From: a virus
Direction: 5' to 3' (one strand)
DNA length: 64,000 bases
Virus record (IMG/VR): IMGVR_UViG_3300031885_000004
Location: 1-64,000 of that record
Below, one piece after another: positions 16,767-26,020 of this stretch. The position numbers and the translations under genes were made by a program. The notes below the pieces were generated by a model. It saw only the letters and a program-made list of their open reading frames with translations, was not told where the DNA came from and did no database searches. How positions within the stretch are numbered: position 1 is the first letter of the stretch; every line of letters starts with the position of its first letter.

Positions 16767-17261
16767 CTAAACCTCAGCATGGGCGCGAGCACAACCGGAA
16801 TCGGCATCAATGTTCTCACCGAGGTTATTTCCTTTTATTGCGCCAAATATAGCCCGTGCCACTACCCTGTCTTTTTCCTTTTCCTCTTCTGGCAATTGCG
16901 CATATGTTTTTTGTGCTAAACCAAATCTCTTTTCTTTTTTAGCTTGTGGTGTTGGCACATCAAGAGATAGTTCGCCTTTATAGTCGGCCATCGCCGTCTT
17001 ATTCCATCCATCATGAATTGCACTAGCTATACTTTCAATATCGTCTTCACCAGCGCTAATCACTTTTGAAGCTTCTCTTGCTGATTCAACATTGGCCAAC
17101 CAACCAAAATTATTACCAGGTGTACTACGCCCATAATGGTACGCATCATCTAGTGCTTTGTCGCTTATTTCTGCTAATTTATCAATTGAAAAGGTTTCAG
17201 ATTCATTTATTACATCAGGATCTTCGGTTATTAACCTAGCAATTTTATTAACAAGATCCAC
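16767..17261 (-). CDS. ITEDPD-leader protein with RyR-like domain
   Basis: NKIARLITEDPD; AIHDGW...YAQLPEEEKEKDR is a RyR-domain-like pattern; probable GTG start at 17261. Confidence 0.65.
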   Translation of the reverse strand: MDLVNKIARLITEDPDVINESETFSIDKLAEISDKALDDAYHYGRSTPGNNFGWLANVESAREASKVISAGEDDIESIASAIHDGWNKTAMADYKGELSLDVPTPQAKKEKRFGLAQKTYAQLPEEEKEKDRVVARAIFGAIKGNNLGENIDADSGCARAHAEV

Positions 17262-17423
17262 GATGCGCCTCAGTTCATTAGAAAATCCTAAATCCAAGCT
17301 GTTTAGCTAGTTTGATGGATTTTGAACTGGCGTGCATCCCTGACAGCATAACCTCACCAGTCCCACGTACAATATACCTGTTCCAGCCACCAGCGCCATA
17401 AATCGTCAAAGCAATTGTGTCAT

Positions 17424-17933
17424 CTAGATCTGGTGGTTTATATTTGGATATTCTGGATCTGGCTGCCATTCTTTAAATTCTCGTTGTTTCCTTTGCACCT
17501 CTTTTAGAGCACCTGGGACAGAATATTCATCTGGTCGTTCAAACTGACGATCAAGCCAACCTTCTCCCTCTATCTCAGCCATTGCTAGTAATGTATCGTC
17601 ATAGTGCGTCAACAAATTCCGTGGCCCAGTTACATCTGCTTGAATGTCTGGGTCTTCGGTTATTAACCTGGCAATTTTATTTAAATCGCTTCTTTTAGCA
17701 TAAGGTTGTGCGATCCGCTTATCTATGGCGTCTCCAATCTTAACCATCCCACTACCACCGCACATACCGCACACTTCACCAATACCTAAGATTGAGCTCT
17801 GACCACTCTTAAGTATTGATTCATCGGTGCCATGGATTTGAATAATTGTTTGGAATTCCGCATCCTTGGCTGGGATGGCAACTTCAATAATCACAAAAGT
17901 CAAATCATCAATGGCTTCGGTAAGCAATCTCAT
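17424..17933 (-). CDS. protein with DnaJ-type Zn-knuckle segment and internal ITEDPD motif
   Basis: CGMCGGSG; NKIARLITEDPD at ~17643-17684. Confidence 0.6.
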   Translation of the reverse strand: MRLLTEAIDDLTFVIIEVAIPAKDAEFQTIIQIHGTDESILKSGQSSILGIGEVCGMCGGSGMVKIGDAIDKRIAQPYAKRSDLNKIARLITEDPDIQADVTGPRNLLTHYDDTLLAMAEIEGEGWLDRQFERPDEYSVPGALKEVQRKQREFKEWQPDPEYPNINHQI

Positions 17934-19088
17934 TTAACGGCTCCCATAGAGTCTAATGAACTCTTTATTAAATTCTTCACCCTCATTTTTAAAAGCATCA
18001 TCAAGCAACTCGCATGCAGCCCCAACACTATAACCTTTTTCAAGCAAATCTTGCCTATACTTGTCTTTCCTATCCTGCATATCTTTACCCCAACCATCAA
18101 GTTTATCCACACATTCCGGCTCTGCACCCCTGGCCGCATGATATTGTTCTGATCGTTCTATATTCGTTTGATCTTCATCTTCGTCTTCGTGTGGATTATC
18201 AACAAAAATGTTCTCATCCCTTGATTGATTAAATTTTATGGTTTCTTGGCCATGTGATCTTAATAATTGATTAATTCTAATTCGAATGTTTTCTCCAACT
18301 AAATCCCAAAAATCTGATGGGGTTTCAGCATTAAATTTTGCATTTAGCGCCTGCAATACTTCCTCAGCAGCTGGTTCTGATGGCAAACCAGTTTCACCTG
18401 GTTTTACCATATAAGCCAAAACTGATCCATCGTGGTGTGTTGTGCCAAATAATTTGTCTATTGCGATTATTTTCTGTTGAACGGTTCCCCTAAGCAAGTG
18501 TGGTAGAATTTTCTTATAATTATTCCACATTGTATACCACACACCAGAAGCACTAGTAACAGTGCCCCCGTATCGCACTTTCTCGGTTGCTCTATATACC
18601 TTCCAAATACTATCTATGTCCTCAACCGATAATTCATCTGCTATACTCTCCTGAGTACCAGCCCATTCATTGACGTCGCCATTCGGGTATCTAAAAATAT
18701 AACCAGGAAGTTTGGTCCGGTCGGATTTCCCACCAGGTATGACACCTTCTCTCTTATAAGCTTTAAACAATTTGTCCCACGATGATGCAAGACCACCACT
18801 AGCAATCCAAAAATCTTTGTCTGGAAACACATCAATGTCTTCAACTTGCAGCATTACTCTAGCGCCAATTTGCCTATGAAATTGGAAGGCCAAGTCTTGT
18901 GCTAACTGATTTATTTCTGGTTCAAAATATTCAGAAATACCCTTGTCATATGCTTCTGCTCCAGCAATTGCATAAAAATCATAGATATTGTGAGCACTAA
19001 TCCATTCGACCAGCAATGCTGGAACATCTGGGTCTTCAGTTATCAATCTGGCTATATATTTAGGATCAACCAATTCAATTCTATTCAA
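17934..19088 (-). CDS. ITEDPD-leader protein, unknown function
   Basis: 384 aa; DPKYIARLITEDPD near the N-terminus. Confidence 0.75.
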   Translation of the reverse strand: MNRIELVDPKYIARLITEDPDVPALLVEWISAHNIYDFYAIAGAEAYDKGISEYFEPEINQLAQDLAFQFHRQIGARVMLQVEDIDVFPDKDFWIASGGLASSWDKLFKAYKREGVIPGGKSDRTKLPGYIFRYPNGDVNEWAGTQESIADELSVEDIDSIWKVYRATEKVRYGGTVTSASGVWYTMWNNYKKILPHLLRGTVQQKIIAIDKLFGTTHHDGSVLAYMVKPGETGLPSEPAAEEVLQALNAKFNAETPSDFWDLVGENIRIRINQLLRSHGQETIKFNQSRDENIFVDNPHEDEDEDQTNIERSEQYHAARGAEPECVDKLDGWGKDMQDRKDKYRQDLLEKGYSVGAACELLDDAFKNEGEEFNKEFIRLYGSR

Positions 19089-19265
19089 TACACCTAAAAT
19101 ATGTTTGAAAAACCAAAAATAACACGGAGGAAATTTTTATTGTGCTTAGTTTTTTAATAATATATTGTTCATATAACCATTCCTTGGAAACCATAATTTA
19201 CCACCTCAAATAGCATCCATTATGTCTCATAGTTTTACATCTTACATTTGATGTTGGTATATAGA

Positions 19266-19291
19266 AAGAGGGAGCCAAATGGCTCCCTCTT
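19266..19291 (-). terminator. intrinsic terminator-like hairpin
   Basis: aagagggagcca-aa-tggctccctctt downstream of the 19392..19784 gene. Confidence 0.65.
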
Positions 19292-19348
19292 GTTGTGTAG
19301 GCCCAGATTGCCCATACCCATAACCATCGCAACCAAGACCGCCAGCCA

Positions 19349-19378
19349 GAGATGGGGGAGGTCTCCCTCCCCCATCTC
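19349..19378. other. perfect 13-bp hairpin
   Basis: gagatgggggagg-tctc-cctcccccatctc just after the stop of 19392..19784. Confidence 0.6.
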
Positions 19379-19391
19379 AGCCGTTGGGTGG

Positions 19392-19784
19392 TTAGCGATA
19401 GTTGGTGTTCGTGAGCAGATCCTGGGTGTTCTTGAAGAGGTCGTCGTGCACGTTGGCCGTAGACTTCTCGAGCATCTTGTCCTGCCCGATGACCACTGGG
19501 AAGTTGAGCCCAGCGATATTTTCCACAGCCGTCGAGAAAGGCACCACCGGCCTGAGGTAGCGGACCACAGGCAGCCCACGCCGATTAGAAGTAAGGTTCG
19601 TCTGCACGATGTTCGCGTCCCCATCGAAGGTACTGATGATCTGAGTCTCACGTCCAGGAATGGCCATCACGAGAGGCCGCATGCGGTTGCACATGGCCTT
19701 GACGTTCTCGTGGCGAATCATCTGCCTGAACGACCGCACCCTTTGAAAAACCTTGATGTCCACGTTTGCTGGCTGACTGGCCAT
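19392..19784 (-). CDS. hypothetical protein, probably abundant or structural
   Basis: AAGGAG RBS; GC-rich codon usage distinct from flanks; followed by two hairpins. Confidence 0.7.
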   Translation of the reverse strand: MASQPANVDIKVFQRVRSFRQMIRHENVKAMCNRMRPLVMAIPGRETQIISTFDGDANIVQTNLTSNRRGLPVVRYLRPVVPFSTAVENIAGLNFPVVIGQDKMLEKSTANVHDDLFKNTQDLLTNTNYR

Positions 19785-19848
19785 CTCTCGATCTCCTTAC
19801 TTTCAGTATTTCAAATGCGTCCAACCTTCACTTTATATTTGCGTGAAA

Positions 19849-20385
19849 ATGCGCGTTTGTAATATATGCGGTACGACAGATGACAAGGTGCCGTTCTATA
19901 GGCACCTCAATAGATGTAGACCATGTGCACTTGAAATCATATCTGCGTATAACAAAAAGAGGAACCAAGATCAATCATATAAGAAAGCGAGAAGAGTAAG
20001 GTGGAGCCAATGGCGGTCAAGAAATAATGTCGAGCGCAAAACAAAGCCTAAATCAGCAGAAAAGAGATTTGTGGCAGAACTAGTATCATCAACAAAGAGA
20101 GTCTATATGAAAAAAGATGCCGAATTTGATGTGAGTTCGGAATTCTTTAACCAACTATTAAATGCGCAGAATGGGTTATGCGCATTAAGTGGTGTGCGGC
20201 TTGAAAAAGATCACTCATTATTAGGAGTAAGAATTGATAAGATAGACAACACAAAAGATTTCACAAAGGATAATACTCGCCTAATATGTGAAGGAATTAA
20301 GCGGCTAAAGAAAGATATGTCAGACGATGAAGTTAAGATATTTATTGGCGAACTGAAGCAAGTTATTATGATTAATTTACGATAA
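19849..20385 (+). CDS. degenerate HNH/endonuclease-like protein
   Basis: CNIC...CRPC; QNGLCALSG...IDKIDNTKDFTKDN. Confidence 0.6.
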   Translation: MRVCNICGTTDDKVPFYRHLNRCRPCALEIISAYNKKRNQDQSYKKARRVRWSQWRSRNNVERKTKPKSAEKRFVAELVSSTKRVYMKKDAEFDVSSEFFNQLLNAQNGLCALSGVRLEKDHSLLGVRIDKIDNTKDFTKDNTRLICEGIKRLKKDMSDDEVKIFIGELKQVIMINLR

Positions 20386-21355
20386 ACTGCGCGTTTCTGT
20401 ACTTATCGCTATATGGATCTTTAATTATACCGCTTTTTATGATGTGAATAATTTCTTTAATTCCATCATCGACATCAACGATGGTGTCAAACCCCGCACA
20501 TTTAATCTTAGCAAACGATACTGTTATGTCTCTCATGTCTCCGCCAAACGATAAGTCCTTGTATTCAACTTCAACATTAATTATAGACTTGATCTTGGTT
20601 ATAACTTGCTCTTTAGATAGATTATTTGAGTCTGATCCGACGTTATATATCTGACCATCGAATTTGTTAGATGGCCACTCGAGAACCATAGCTATGGCTC
20701 TAATAATATCAAATATGTGGCAAAATGATCTCCTATAGTCACGTTGATATATTGTTATCTTGCCTTTGGTTATTGCGTCCAATACAAATTGATTGATTAT
20801 GAGATCAAATCTGGTCCTTGGCGATGTGCCAAACAATGTGGCAAACCTAAATATTAGTGGTTTGCATATGTCATCCTTATGGTCTAGTAAGAATCTCTCC
20901 GCTTCAATTTTGGTTTCCGCGTAGAGTGATTGCGGGTTTAATGGCGACTCCTCAGTCACTGGCGAGTTATCTAATGATAACCCATAATTGCTATATGTGG
21001 ATGCGAATATGATCCTTGGCACCATTGACTCGCAAGCAGCCCCATAAACTCTCTTTGTACCATCAACATTATATGCTCTTGCAACTTGGCTACCAACCTG
21101 TTGGCAAATCGGGAAGCCAACTAGAGCCGCTAGATGGATAACTACATCGGCATCTGAGAAGGCTGAGGCTAAATCTGCTTCGAGAATATCTTCAGCTATC
21201 ATGTTGAATCTACTGCCGAAGCACACGTAAGGCAGCATGTGCTCGCCGCCAAACATCATTTTGTCTATAATCGTAACATCATGACCAGCACATAACAGAA
21301 ACCCAGTAAGTTTAGATCCAATGTATCCAGCTCCACCAGTTATAACTATATTCAT
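20372..21355 (-). CDS. NAD-dependent nucleotide-sugar epimerase/dehydratase
   Basis: TGGAGYIG; HLAA; YAETK (YxxxK). Confidence 0.92.
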   Translation of the reverse strand: MNIVITGGAGYIGSKLTGFLLCAGHDVTIIDKMMFGGEHMLPYVCFGSRFNMIAEDILEADLASAFSDADVVIHLAALVGFPICQQVGSQVARAYNVDGTKRVYGAACESMVPRIIFASTYSNYGLSLDNSPVTEESPLNPQSLYAETKIEAERFLLDHKDDICKPLIFRFATLFGTSPRTRFDLIINQFVLDAITKGKITIYQRDYRRSFCHIFDIIRAIAMVLEWPSNKFDGQIYNVGSDSNNLSKEQVITKIKSIINVEVEYKDLSFGGDMRDITVSFAKIKCAGFDTIVDVDDGIKEIIHIIKSGIIKDPYSDKYRNAQFIVN

Positions 21356-21364
21356 GATATAATC

Positions 21365-22615
21365 CTATCCGCAAACAATCATTTCATCTAATTGTGCGCC
21401 GGTCCCAACATATATTAGCTCGGCTTTAGTTTCACGCAAGACTGGGATTATATTTTCATCGGCCCACATCGCGAATTTGTTAGTTACAATGTTGTTTTGG
21501 TGTGGGCGCATTAAAGATCCAGTTAGCCTGCCATGTTTACCAGTCATTTCATAGTCAACATAATTTGCAAAATTAACCGATATAAATGTCTTCCCAAGCG
21601 TCGAGTTATACCTAATAGCTTGTATTAGATTCTCTTTACTAAATGTAAAGACTCTCCTTGGTAACTTGGTCACTGATGTCATTTCGATTATTGGTATTGG
21701 CGATCCGCTAGATTTCGTAACATCATCCCACGATATTTCCCTTTGGTCGCCATAACCAGGTCCAGAGTCACCGTGATATATCGTGACTTTCCTACCAGTT
21801 TGATTATATCTCTGCGTTTCTTCCCAGGTTAAATGCTTCCCAGATTCGTCAAGATACTTATTGCTATTAATTCTGATTGGGAATGTCCTGCAATTAAGAA
21901 CCACATTACCGGCATATCTGACAGGAAGCATCATATCATCAAACCCAGCAGCCACAGTAACATTCCTAGATGTACAATGCGGGTACATCGGTCCCATTAG
22001 ACTTAACTGAAACCCCTGTGCTATCTCAAGAAGGCCAGACTGACCACGGTCGAGCCTGGCCATTATCTCTTCCGATGTGTCGCAAATAAATTCTTTGAGT
22101 GATTCAATATTCTTGGCAATCAGCACGTCGTCGCGTCTTAATACTCTCCTCGCCCTACATGCTCCAACTCCGTGACAGGTCGATCCAGCCTTCATTGTTC
22201 CTTCGTGCTTGGTCGGCTTGCCATCAAAGTCGACTTCGCCTCTCTCGAATGCAGAGTCTTTATCTTGAATTATGGTGGCAAGGGGGTGCATCCCTAAGCG
22301 TTTGGGTTTAATGTTGTTCTCTTCGATCTCCCTGAAGAATGCCTTAAGTTCTATTGACGATCCTGGTCCAATATACATCTTTTCATATTGGTCTAAATAC
22401 GCGCAACTGTTAAGTGTTTGGTAGAAATAAGCCTTCCCAGGAAATCTAACCCAGTGACCTGCTTGAGCCGAAAAAGCGTTACAGCAGAATTGCCAGTTGT
22501 CGGCGTATTCGCACATGAACGAAGCAACCTTGCCTTTGCCAGAGCTCCCGGCGCTTGCGTCCATACAGATCGTCAACTTGCCTGGCTCAAAAACTTTATT
22601 TGTGTCGAAGCGCAT
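21365..22615 (-). CDS. purZ: adenylosuccinate synthase homologue with PurZ-type residues
   Basis: GSSGKGK (Ser at the PurA Asp13 position), EIAQGFQL, YPHCTSR, TSVTKLPRRV, NFAN; start MRFDTN after AAAGGAG. Confidence 0.72.
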   Translation of the reverse strand: MRFDTNKVFEPGKLTICMDASAGSSGKGKVASFMCEYADNWQFCCNAFSAQAGHWVRFPGKAYFYQTLNSCAYLDQYEKMYIGPGSSIELKAFFREIEENNIKPKRLGMHPLATIIQDKDSAFERGEVDFDGKPTKHEGTMKAGSTCHGVGACRARRVLRRDDVLIAKNIESLKEFICDTSEEIMARLDRGQSGLLEIAQGFQLSLMGPMYPHCTSRNVTVAAGFDDMMLPVRYAGNVVLNCRTFPIRINSNKYLDESGKHLTWEETQRYNQTGRKVTIYHGDSGPGYGDQREISWDDVTKSSGSPIPIIEMTSVTKLPRRVFTFSKENLIQAIRYNSTLGKTFISVNFANYVDYEMTGKHGRLTGSLMRPHQNNIVTNKFAMWADENIIPVLRETKAELIYVGTGAQLDEMIVCG

Positions 22616-22628
22616 GATATCTCCTTTA

Positions 22629-23309
22629 TCACTTAGCGGCATTAACCGCTTTGGCTGCCAATTCACCGGTTATGTGGAGGGCTTGTTGTAGTGTTACATC
22701 AAACACTAGTCTATTGTCGATTTTTAGTAGCTCATCAATCATGGTCGCGTCTATATTACCAGACACCTTTAGTGGTCTAGCTGTCATGCTTCGAATTCTC
22801 TCGATAGCTATTGCATGTTCTTTGGCCCCAACATTAGGGATAACAAGGTGCTGATCAATTCTAATCATGTGTGGTGGATATTTGTCGCATGATTTGGTGA
22901 AATTGTCGATTTCTTCTTTGGTTCTTGTATAATACCCGAACACATACCTAAGTTCAATAAGAGGATTAACCCTTCTCATTAATTCACCAATAGCTTTGAC
23001 CTCATTAGATGTTTCGATTTGAGTTTTTTTACTGGTCAGTAATATATCAATGCCCTCAACCCGAAGGGTCATTGGGTTGATCGTCTTAAGCTTATCTGTT
23101 GCGAAATTCTTCCCGTCTGGAAAGTCAATGGCTGCTATTAATTTAAACTGCCCTCCTTTGGTCGATCTGTCGGTTAACATCATTGGGGTAAATTCTGGAG
23201 CAATAACAACAGCTGGGCATCTATATTTCACGGCAAAATTGGTGACTGCATTGTGATCGACGTCTGGTTTTAACATGTTGATTTCTAGGTGTGATGTAAT
23301 ATTAAACAT
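22629..23309 (-). CDS. divergent DeoC-like (deoxyribose-phosphate aldolase) TIM barrel
   Basis: LKPD, AIDFPDG, IDI, LKVSG pattern; the Schiff-base Lys position appears to be Arg. Confidence 0.6.
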   Translation of the reverse strand: MFNITSHLEINMLKPDVDHNAVTNFAVKYRCPAVVIAPEFTPMMLTDRSTKGGQFKLIAAIDFPDGKNFATDKLKTINPMTLRVEGIDILLTSKKTQIETSNEVKAIGELMRRVNPLIELRYVFGYYTRTKEEIDNFTKSCDKYPPHMIRIDQHLVIPNVGAKEHAIAIERIRSMTARPLKVSGNIDATMIDELLKIDNRLVFDVTLQQALHITGELAAKAVNAAK

Positions 23310-23925
23310 TGTTTCCTCCGTTCATTCGCTCTAGATCTTCTCGACGCCACGTTAGGAAAATCCATTTGACTGGGTCTAGTTTAATTAACCCTTTATCTAT
23401 CTTTAAAACATGCTTTAATAGACTATCCCAGTCTTTGAAGAAAACGTTGCTATAATCATCGGCTGTTGATGCCGCGCCCAATATCCATGTTGAAGGAATT
23501 CCGTCTGGGCAACAAAACAACACTGGTTTGCCTTCATATATGGCGTCGTATACCTCCTCACAAGTCCCAAAAGTTGGTTTGATTGGCAAATAGCATATAA
23601 CCCAATCCACAGCACTAACAATTCTCAAGCATACTTTACGCATATAAGCATTAGCCGTGAATACATCGCGCACATTGATGGTGGTGAAGTTGTCCTCACC
23701 ACATATTGTCTTAGCAATTGCGGGGCCGTCCCGCAGAACCTCCCTATACACAGCAGGATTAATGCGACATGATGATGGGAACCATTTTGGCTTGATTAAT
23801 GGATCATATACTTTTATCCCAATCGCCGATAATTTAATGGCCAGCTCGTTTCTCCAAGAGCTGGCCATTAAATCGTGTTCAACTGGCCCTGCAAGATAGC
23901 AGGTGGTGTTGTGTAGTATGCTCAT
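23302..23925 (-). CDS. nucleoside 2-deoxyribosyltransferase / nucleotide N-hydrolase-like protein
   Basis: YLAGP...WR...YDP...GTCEEV...KPV. Confidence 0.72.
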   Translation of the reverse strand: MSILHNTTCYLAGPVEHDLMASSWRNELAIKLSAIGIKVYDPLIKPKWFPSSCRINPAVYREVLRDGPAIAKTICGEDNFTTINVRDVFTANAYMRKVCLRIVSAVDWVICYLPIKPTFGTCEEVYDAIYEGKPVLFCCPDGIPSTWILGAASTADDYSNVFFKDWDSLLKHVLKIDKGLIKLDPVKWIFLTWRREDLERMNGGNNV

Positions 23926-23956
23926 GTGCAGTCAAATACGACCGCGCATGCATAAA

Positions 23957-24451
23957 CTACTTACTTTTCTTTCCCTTCTTACCACCACCAAGGTTGTAGA
24001 TCGCAAGCGCCTTCTGCTTTACCTTTGGCGTGGTCTTGGAACTATCAATCGTCTTCTTAAGTTCTGTCCTAGAAATTTTTTGACCCTTCTTCTTGCCCAA
24101 TGCTTTCCTAAGTGACCCCTTGGTCCCGCCCTTAGATGGCGGCTTATCTGCCTTCTTCAGCGCCGTCTGGCCCCATTTCTTGGCTTCCATAAGAAATGGG
24201 TTCATCCCAAAACCACGGCCAAAAACAACACTTGGCCTTGCTATGGCTCCCTCGGAAATGCTTTTTACAAACCCGCTTTTCGGCTGTGGTAGTTTAGAAA
24301 CTGACTTTCCACGATTAATGCCAGCGGGCTTCGGCTTAGTAAATCCTGGGCCAAGCGTTACCATCCCATATTTTACGCCACCACCATGGCCTCCTTTGGC
24401 GGATGTTTTGGTCTGCTGACCCATTCTTGGTGAATTGGTTTTCTTTGCCAT
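23957..24451 (-). CDS. very basic Lys/Gly-rich protein
   Basis: AGGAGG RBS; 164 aa. Confidence 0.7.
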   Translation of the reverse strand: MAKKTNSPRMGQQTKTSAKGGHGGGVKYGMVTLGPGFTKPKPAGINRGKSVSKLPQPKSGFVKSISEGAIARPSVVFGRGFGMNPFLMEAKKWGQTALKKADKPPSKGGTKGSLRKALGKKKGQKISRTELKKTIDSSKTTPKVKQKALAIYNLGGGKKGKKSK

Positions 24452-24472
24452 GACTACCTCCTGTTTTACTAA

Positions 24473-25489
24473 TTATTTTTGCGCCTCAGTTTCCTTTTTG
24501 GTCAACAGTTCATTGGCTCGATTCAAAATAACATCTACCGCTCCAATTTGATCTAAATTTTCAAAGCTCGAGACAAATTTAAACTTATTGTGTGATGAGC
24601 AGAATGTAAATCTCGCTAACTCCTCTGGCTTAAGGGTGCTAATAGCATAATCGTAATGCTCAGCTTCTTTTTCAAATCGTTTAATTCTATTCTCATTTGA
24701 TACGTCTGGATTCTGTCCATACCTGTGCAATTTGCCATCAACTGCACTCATGTCACATCCGAATATATATGATTTTTCATACCCCATCCACAATGCGACT
24801 TGCATCGAGGCGTACGTCGTTGATCGCCCAATATGGAATCCTCTAGTTAGGTCGCGTGAGAACCCCTTACCAGCCATCGTCTTAACCATAATTTGATTTG
24901 GATGTGTGGCCCTAACCGAAGATGCGTTAATAATTGTTCCTTGGTAGCTAGACCAAAATTCTTGATTTCTATTGTATTGTGATTGATCACAGAATATCCA
25001 ATATTTGCTTGGCCAGACTCTTAACTCTGGTTTATTGATGCACATAATGTCTATTTTAACGTGCCCAAGCAACTTATCAAGAGGAGCTTGATTGATAGAT
25101 GGCCCACATGCTAAGATAACCAAAATTCTGCTATGCCCAATCCCTCGTAGGTTTCTTATCTTATCTAAGTGCTTCCCGAGAAGCGCGTCCTGTGCTTTAC
25201 GAAGATGACTTGGGCGCACCTGAGTTAGGGTTCTCTCTTTTGTCTTAGGTCTTATTATTGAAACTTGATTTGGTATCACAGACGATCTTGGTTTGGTGAT
25301 GGTTGGCGCCAATGATGACTTTGGCGGCGTTCTTATAATGACGTGCTGCTGCGGTTTTACTGCTGGCACCCTATTATAAACTGTAGGTATTTTGACAGCT
25401 CCCTTTGGATGTAGTGAAATTGATTGTGATATGGACGATACTTTTATAATTCTGACTGGTTTGAATATTGGATTAACTTTTAAATTCAT
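24473..25489 (-). CDS. DUF115/MAF-like glycosyltransferase-fold protein
   Basis: ILACGPSIN...WMGYEKSYIFGCDM. Confidence 0.65.
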   Translation of the reverse strand: MNLKVNPIFKPVRIIKVSSISQSISLHPKGAVKIPTVYNRVPAVKPQQHVIIRTPPKSSLAPTITKPRSSVIPNQVSIIRPKTKERTLTQVRPSHLRKAQDALLGKHLDKIRNLRGIGHSRILVILACGPSINQAPLDKLLGHVKIDIMCINKPELRVWPSKYWIFCDQSQYNRNQEFWSSYQGTIINASSVRATHPNQIMVKTMAGKGFSRDLTRGFHIGRSTTYASMQVALWMGYEKSYIFGCDMSAVDGKLHRYGQNPDVSNENRIKRFEKEAEHYDYAISTLKPEELARFTFCSSHNKFKFVSSFENLDQIGAVDVILNRANELLTKKETEAQK

Positions 25490-25511
25490 ATCATATATAT
25501 TTTTGAATATG

Positions 25512-25949
25512 TTATGTGATGACAGTCTTGTCAATAGTTGACAGAGAGCCCCAGATATGATTTAATTGCGTCGATGACAGCTGATCTTTGATGTCCACGT
25601 TGGATAAAGCTCTTTTTGCGTATTTAATTATGGCTGTCTTTCTGCGGGCGTCTCTGTTCTTTAAGCTGTATAAATGTCTGAAGATAGTCGTGGTTAGTAA
25701 ATTGAATACTGGTGCTCTATCATCAAACGTGAGTCTACCGTCTTTAATCTTATCCATGGTCAAAATAAATGCTTCGTGTGCTAGATCGGCGTGCTCTTCT
25801 TCATCTTTTGGTCTGAATTTAGTTGATATTCCGATACAGATCTTATAAACCTGTTGCTGGAGCCCTTCCCACGCGCTATCACATTTTTCTATTTTCCATT
25901 TAGACCAATTTCGTTCGATTTCTTCTGAAGATACATAATTCATAATCAT
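25512..25949 (-). CDS. sigma-70 region 2-like protein
   Basis: EHADLAHEAFI...FNLLTTTIFR. Confidence 0.55.
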   Translation of the reverse strand: MIMNYVSSEEIERNWSKWKIEKCDSAWEGLQQQVYKICIGISTKFRPKDEEEHADLAHEAFILTMDKIKDGRLTFDDRAPVFNLLTTTIFRHLYSLKNRDARRKTAIIKYAKRALSNVDIKDQLSSTQLNHIWGSLSTIDKTVIT

Positions 25950-26020
25950 CTCCTAAATATTGTTAAAATACATGGCAATATTAAAAATGCATTATATCAT
26001 CTAAGAGGGAGGGAAACAAG

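Noticed and set aside
19235-19862. Alternative ORFs 19248..19862 (+) and 19235..19651 (-)
   Set aside because: Shadow frames of the GC-rich 19392..19784 gene, which has the RBS and terminator.
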